From Myxococcota bacterium (GTDB lineage: Bacteria; Myxococcota_A; UBA796; SXON01), in assembly GCA_040386535.1 (NCBI GenBank), contig JAZKFH010000012.1, positions 32,001-96,000 of the forward strand: DNA of 64,000 bases. Direction: 5' to 3'. The notes below the pieces were generated by a model. It saw nothing but the letters and a program-made list of their open reading frames with translations, was not told where the DNA came from and did not search any database. Made by a program: the position numbers and the translations under genes. Shown in pieces: positions 60,047-64,000 of this stretch; position 1 is the stretch's first letter, and every line of letters starts with the position of its first letter.

Positions 60047-61114
60047 ATGCGCCCGGACATCTTCGAGATCGACGAGACGCCGCCGCCGATCCGCGAGCCG
60101 ATCCGACTGTCCGCGCTCGACAAGGACGCGGTCCTGTTGTCGCTCACCGGCGGGTCGGTGGTCGACTGGACGGGCCTGTCCTTCCGCACCTACGCGGATG
60201 TCGACAGCTTCCTCCGCCTGTGGTTGTGCGACGTGACGCAGGACGGGTGGGCCCGCGAGCGTCTGCAATACGTCTACAACCAGGCCGTCAATTACCTCGA
60301 GGAGCACGTCGGGTTGACGTTCCGGCAGGAGGTCCGGCGGCCGCGGGACGTGCGGGACGCGTTTTTACGCGCGTCGATGCGTGACCGCTTCAGCCGCGAC
60401 CGCATCCAGTACTGCGCCGTACTCAAGCTGATGCACGTGATCAACCACCTGGAGATGCAGGAGCTGCGCTCCCAGTCCGCCTTCCGCGAGATCGACCTCA
60501 TCGAGCTCGCCAACGAGAAGGTGCTCGCCGCGGCGGAGCGGATGCGCGCGAACTTCCCGCTGCGCGCGTTCTACGGCAATCGGAAAACGCGCCCGAGCGT
60601 CATCACGAAGCTCCTGGCGAAGCGCGAATCCACGGCCGCGACGGTGTACGACAAGCTCCGCTTCCGCATCGTCACGGAGACCCGCGAGGAGATCGTGCCC
60701 GCGCTCGCGTGGCTGTTCCGCAACCTCGTGCCGTTTCCGGCGATCATCCCCGGCGAGAGCGTGAACAGCCTGCTCACCGAGGACGAGGTCGACGCCGCGT
60801 CCGATCTCCCCGAGCTGCGCGGCATCCTGCGGGCCCGCCCCCCGGACGCCAACCCCTACTCGGGGAACATCTACCGGGTGATCAACTTCATCGTCGATCT
60901 CCCCGTGCCCGTCTACGAGATCCCCGGCGTGGTGGCCCCCACGCACCCGGCGCTCCTCGGCGCCGCCGTGGCCGTCCTGGTCGAGTTCCAGATCGTCGAC
61001 GCCGAGAGCGAGACCGCGAACGAGGACGGAGAGAGCCGGCACGACGCCTACAAGCTGCGCCAGCGGGCCCGGGTCTACGAGCGGCTCGGGCGCTCCCCGC
61101 AAGCGCGTCGGTGA
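60047..61114 (+). CDS. TIGR04552-like protein (RelA/SpoT synthetase-like nucleotidyltransferase fold)
   Basis: GGSVVDW, LKLMHVINHLE, RKTRPSVITKLLAK, YDKLRFRIVT, YRVINF, EFQIVD, NE.G...HDAYK.RQ. Confidence 0.8.
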   Translation: MRPDIFEIDETPPPIREPIRLSALDKDAVLLSLTGGSVVDWTGLSFRTYADVDSFLRLWLCDVTQDGWARERLQYVYNQAVNYLEEHVGLTFRQEVRRPRDVRDAFLRASMRDRFSRDRIQYCAVLKLMHVINHLEMQELRSQSAFREIDLIELANEKVLAAAERMRANFPLRAFYGNRKTRPSVITKLLAKRESTAATVYDKLRFRIVTETREEIVPALAWLFRNLVPFPAIIPGESVNSLLTEDEVDAASDLPELRGILRARPPDANPYSGNIYRVINFIVDLPVPVYEIPGVVAPTHPALLGAAVAVLVEFQIVDAESETANEDGESRHDAYKLRQRARVYERLGRSPQARR

Positions 61115-61171
61115 GATCTCCTGGCGTGACAGGCGGCCGCGGGTAGGATAGCCGGCCGGCCGGAGTTGATC

Positions 61172-61312
61172 ATGTCCAAGACTGCGCCCAAGAAGAACCG
61201 GAACAAGTCCTCCCGTCATCGCGCGAAGCTGAAGGCCAAGCACACCAAGCAGCGCATGCGCGCGCGCGGTGAGCTCACCAAGCGCCGCCCCGGCGGCCGT
61301 CTCCGCCGATAA
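61172..61312 (+). CDS. Small very basic protein (46 aa)
   Basis: Below the ORF-track cutoff; MSKTAPKKNRNKSSRHRAKLKAKHTKQRMRARGELTKRRPGGRLRR; GGAG 6 nt before the ATG; all 9 Lys codons are AAG; fills the intergenic gap. Confidence 0.8.
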   Translation: MSKTAPKKNRNKSSRHRAKLKAKHTKQRMRARGELTKRRPGGRLRR

Positions 61313-61321
61313 GCGCCGCCC

Positions 61322-62797
61322 GTGGGCCTCGGCCGCCGTCACGCCGGGGTGCTCCTGCACCCCTCGAGCCTTCCAGGACCGGGCCCCATCGGTGAGCTCG
61401 GCCCGTACGCGGACGCGTTCCTCGAGTGGATGGCGCAGGCGGGGCTCGACACGTGGCAAGTGTTGCCTCTCCACCCGGTCGGACCGGGTCAATCTCCGTA
61501 CGCCTCGCCGTCTGCCTTCGCGGCGGACCCGCGGCTCATCGCCGTCGAGACCCTGGTCGCCGACGGCATCCTCGAGCCCTCGCCCCTGCCCTGGGGCTCC
61601 GAGCGCGCCGACTTCGACGCGGTGGCTGCCTGGAAGATCCCGCTGCTGCGCACGGCCGCCGCGCGCGTCGCGAGTGATCCGGCGTGTCGAGCCTACGCCG
61701 AAGCCGAACGCGGCTGGCTGGACGACTGGTCGCTCTACGCCGCGCTCGCGCGCGTACATGGCGGCGGCTGGTGGGACTGGCCGGCGGACGCCGCGCGGCG
61801 CCGTGGCCTCGCGAAGCTCCGCAAGGAGCACGCGGCGCTGGTCGCGGAGGAGGAGGCGCTCCAGTGGCTCTTCCACCTGCAGTGGTCGCGCCTCCGGGAC
61901 GCGGCCGCCCGGCGCGGGATCCGCCTCCTGGGGGACATCCCCATCTTCGTGCTCGGAGACGGCTGCGACACCTGGGCTCACCGCGACCTGTTCCGCTTGA
62001 ACGCCGACGGTCGCCCCGACCCCGTTGCCGGCGTGCCACCGGACTACTTCTCCCCGCTGGGCCAACGCTGGGGCAACCCGACGTACGCCTGGGACCGCCA
62101 CGCCGCCACCGGGTACACCTGGTGGACCGAACGCCTGCGCCGCGAGCTGGCCCTGGTGGACGCGGTGCGGCTCGACCACTTCCGCGGCTTCGCGGCCGCG
62201 TGGGCGATCCCGGCTTCGGAAGCCGACGCCCGCGTCGGGAAATGGGAGCCGGGCCCCGGGCGCCCGCTGTTCGACGCGATGGCCGCCAGCATCGGCAGCC
62301 TGCCCATCATCGCGGAGGACCTCGGCGTGATCACCCCCGACGTCGCCGCCTTGCGGGACGACCTGGGGCTGCCGGGCATGAAGGTGCTGCAGTTCGCCTA
62401 CGGCGGGGACGCGGCGCACCCGTTCCTCCCCCACAACTTCGAGCACGCGCGCTGGGTGGCCTACACGGGCACCCACGACAACGACACGACCGCCGGCTGG
62501 TACGCCGCGACGGACGAGCGCACCCGCCACCGCTTCCGCGTCACCTGCGGGCGGGACGGCAGCGCGCCCGCGTGGGCGATGATGCGCGAGGTCTGGGGCA
62601 GCATCGCCGAGACCGCCATCGCGCCGATGCAGGACTTCCTCGGGCTCGAGAGCGACGCGCGCCTGAACACCCCGGGCGATCCCGAGGGGAACTGGGCCTG
62701 GCGCCTGCGTGACCTGCCGTGGCAGGTCTGCGGCATGTCGCGGACGCTCGGCGAGGTGTTCGGGCGCACGCCCGGGGACAGTTTCGCAACGACCTAG
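61322..62797 (+). CDS. malQ: 4-alpha-glucanotransferase (amylomaltase, GH77)
   Basis: GVLLHPSSLP, WQVLPL, SPY, GDIPIFV, AGVPPDYFSPLGQRWGNP, RLDHFRGF, IAEDLG, YTGTHDNDT, RLNTPG. Confidence 0.97.
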   Translation: MGLGRRHAGVLLHPSSLPGPGPIGELGPYADAFLEWMAQAGLDTWQVLPLHPVGPGQSPYASPSAFAADPRLIAVETLVADGILEPSPLPWGSERADFDAVAAWKIPLLRTAAARVASDPACRAYAEAERGWLDDWSLYAALARVHGGGWWDWPADAARRRGLAKLRKEHAALVAEEEALQWLFHLQWSRLRDAAARRGIRLLGDIPIFVLGDGCDTWAHRDLFRLNADGRPDPVAGVPPDYFSPLGQRWGNPTYAWDRHAATGYTWWTERLRRELALVDAVRLDHFRGFAAAWAIPASEADARVGKWEPGPGRPLFDAMAASIGSLPIIAEDLGVITPDVAALRDDLGLPGMKVLQFAYGGDAAHPFLPHNFEHARWVAYTGTHDNDTTAGWYAATDERTRHRFRVTCGRDGSAPAWAMMREVWGSIAETAIAPMQDFLGLESDARLNTPGDPEGNWAWRLRDLPWQVCGMSRTLGEVFGRTPGDSFATT

Positions 62798-62832
62798 GCG
62801 CCGCAACGGAGGCCGCCCCCCCGGGGAGCGCC

Positions 62833-63924
62833 CTACTTGAACTGCTTGGCCAGCTTGAGGCCCTGCATCTGGTAGTTGCTGCCGTCGTCTCCGTAGAGCT
62901 GGTCGGGCACCTCCGCGTTGCGGAGCAGCTCGATGCGGAACAGGGGCTGTCCGTGCTCGAGGAGGAACGGCACGTCGTGCGTGCGGATCTCGAGCACGAG
63001 GCGCGCGCCCCGCCCCGAGGTGTCGAGGCCGAAGCCCGAGTCGATGAACCCGGCGTAGTGCGTGCGGAGCTCGCCCTTCGTCGCGTCGTAGGGGACCAGC
63101 TCCGCGCAGAGATCCGGCGGGATGCACAACCGCTCGCGCGTGGCGAAGATGTAGAACTGCTCGGGCTCGAGCACCTGCCCGTCCGAGGAACGGTCGACCG
63201 GCAGGGAGGTCCAGTACACGTCGCGCGGCAGATCGCGCCGGGACAGGTCGATCGGCGGGCGATGCCGGAGCGCGAGGTAGCCGGCGATCCCGTCGATGCC
63301 GTCATTCAGATCGACGGACATCTGGATGCCGGGCGGATCGTCGCTCACGATTGCCGGGCGCCCGTCCGACCAGTAGCAGATCGGCGAGGTCTCCTGGCGC
63401 GTCTTGAGCTCGTCGATCCCGATCGCGGGCCGGCCGGTCGCAAGCCGGAGCTGGCCGAGGCAGTCGCCGCGCCGAACGGACACGTGGAAGCTCTGCGGGG
63501 TGATCTCGAGGAACAGGCGCCCGCTGTAGCCGGGGGGAACCGTGTCGAACGAGTGGCCGTGCTCCGTCAGGAGCCGAACGAACACGTCCAGACGGCCGGT
63601 AGACGACTTCGGGTTGGCGCGCCCGTGCACGAGTGCGGGCAGGTCCAGCACCTCTTCTACTTCGGCGAGGTAGACGCCGCGGTGCCGCAGGACGGTCGGG
63701 CGGTCCGTATCGAGGCGCTGCTCATCGAGCGCGAGGCGGCCCAGGCGCCGCTCGACCCCCGCGTTTCCAGGAAGGAAGCTGCACTGGAGCTGCCAGATGC
63801 GGGCACCGAGCCGAAGATCGAGGGACGAGGGCTGGATCTGCGCGGGGCGCACGGGGTAGAGCGAGCGGATGGCGCCCGACGCGACCAGCGCCCGCAATTG
63901 CTGGCTGACGAGGATGCCGTCCAT
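62833..63924 (-). CDS. dcd: dCTP deaminase (long two-domain type)
   Basis: QIQPSSLDLRLG, ANPKSSTGRLDVF, GELRTHYAGF.D.GFG, VLEIRTHDVPF, SNYQ.QGLKLAK. Confidence 0.9.
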   Translation of the reverse strand: MDGILVSQQLRALVASGAIRSLYPVRPAQIQPSSLDLRLGARIWQLQCSFLPGNAGVERRLGRLALDEQRLDTDRPTVLRHRGVYLAEVEEVLDLPALVHGRANPKSSTGRLDVFVRLLTEHGHSFDTVPPGYSGRLFLEITPQSFHVSVRRGDCLGQLRLATGRPAIGIDELKTRQETSPICYWSDGRPAIVSDDPPGIQMSVDLNDGIDGIAGYLALRHRPPIDLSRRDLPRDVYWTSLPVDRSSDGQVLEPEQFYIFATRERLCIPPDLCAELVPYDATKGELRTHYAGFIDSGFGLDTSGRGARLVLEIRTHDVPFLLEHGQPLFRIELLRNAEVPDQLYGDDGSNYQMQGLKLAKQFK

Positions 63925-64000
63925 GCGACGCTACTCCGGTCCCGAAAGGCGTCGGTATATGCCGTCGGCGCGCTCGGCGAATGACGGGCGTGCCGCGCGC

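Noticed and set aside
60365..63984. 920-aa (-) and 421-aa (+) ORFs
   Set aside because: Shadows of the TIGR04552-like gene, malQ and dcd.

Overview
64 kb of very GC-rich bacterial chromosome, most likely Myxococcota/deltaproteobacterial (inferred from the kdsB-pyrG-lptAB-rpoN-hpf order, a TIGR04552-like gene, a FYDLN-acid protein, and PEGA and Asp/Thr-repeat lipoproteins). It is mostly core genome: truA, rplM-rpsI, kdsB-pyrG-lptA-lptB-rpoN-hpf, metK, a divergent TCA cluster (sdhCAB / gltA-icd-sucCD-ndk), a maltose-type ABC transporter with a binding protein fused to its permease, wzt, yggS-maf, large NAD-GDH, mfd, malQ and dcd, interspersed with many lineage-specific lipoproteins. I see no tRNA, rRNA, CRISPR, integrase or transposase. 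The strongest oddities are: (1) a solitary contractile-tail tube gene (T4 gp19/Afp1-like) with its own terminator between mfd and pmbA and no other phage or injection-system genes; (2) a tightly coupled VTC polyphosphate-polymerase domain / DUF4956 / membrane-fusion protein / catalytically dead signal-peptidase operon; (3) a 46-aa very basic ORF missed by the ORF track, behind a RelA/SpoT-synthetase-like gene; (4) a secreted protein with three copies of a Cys-pair domain I do not recognise; (5) ultra-short uncharged lipoprotein signal peptides; (6) a probable lipidated LptC/LptA hybrid. All family calls come from motif recognition by eye; no searches were run.
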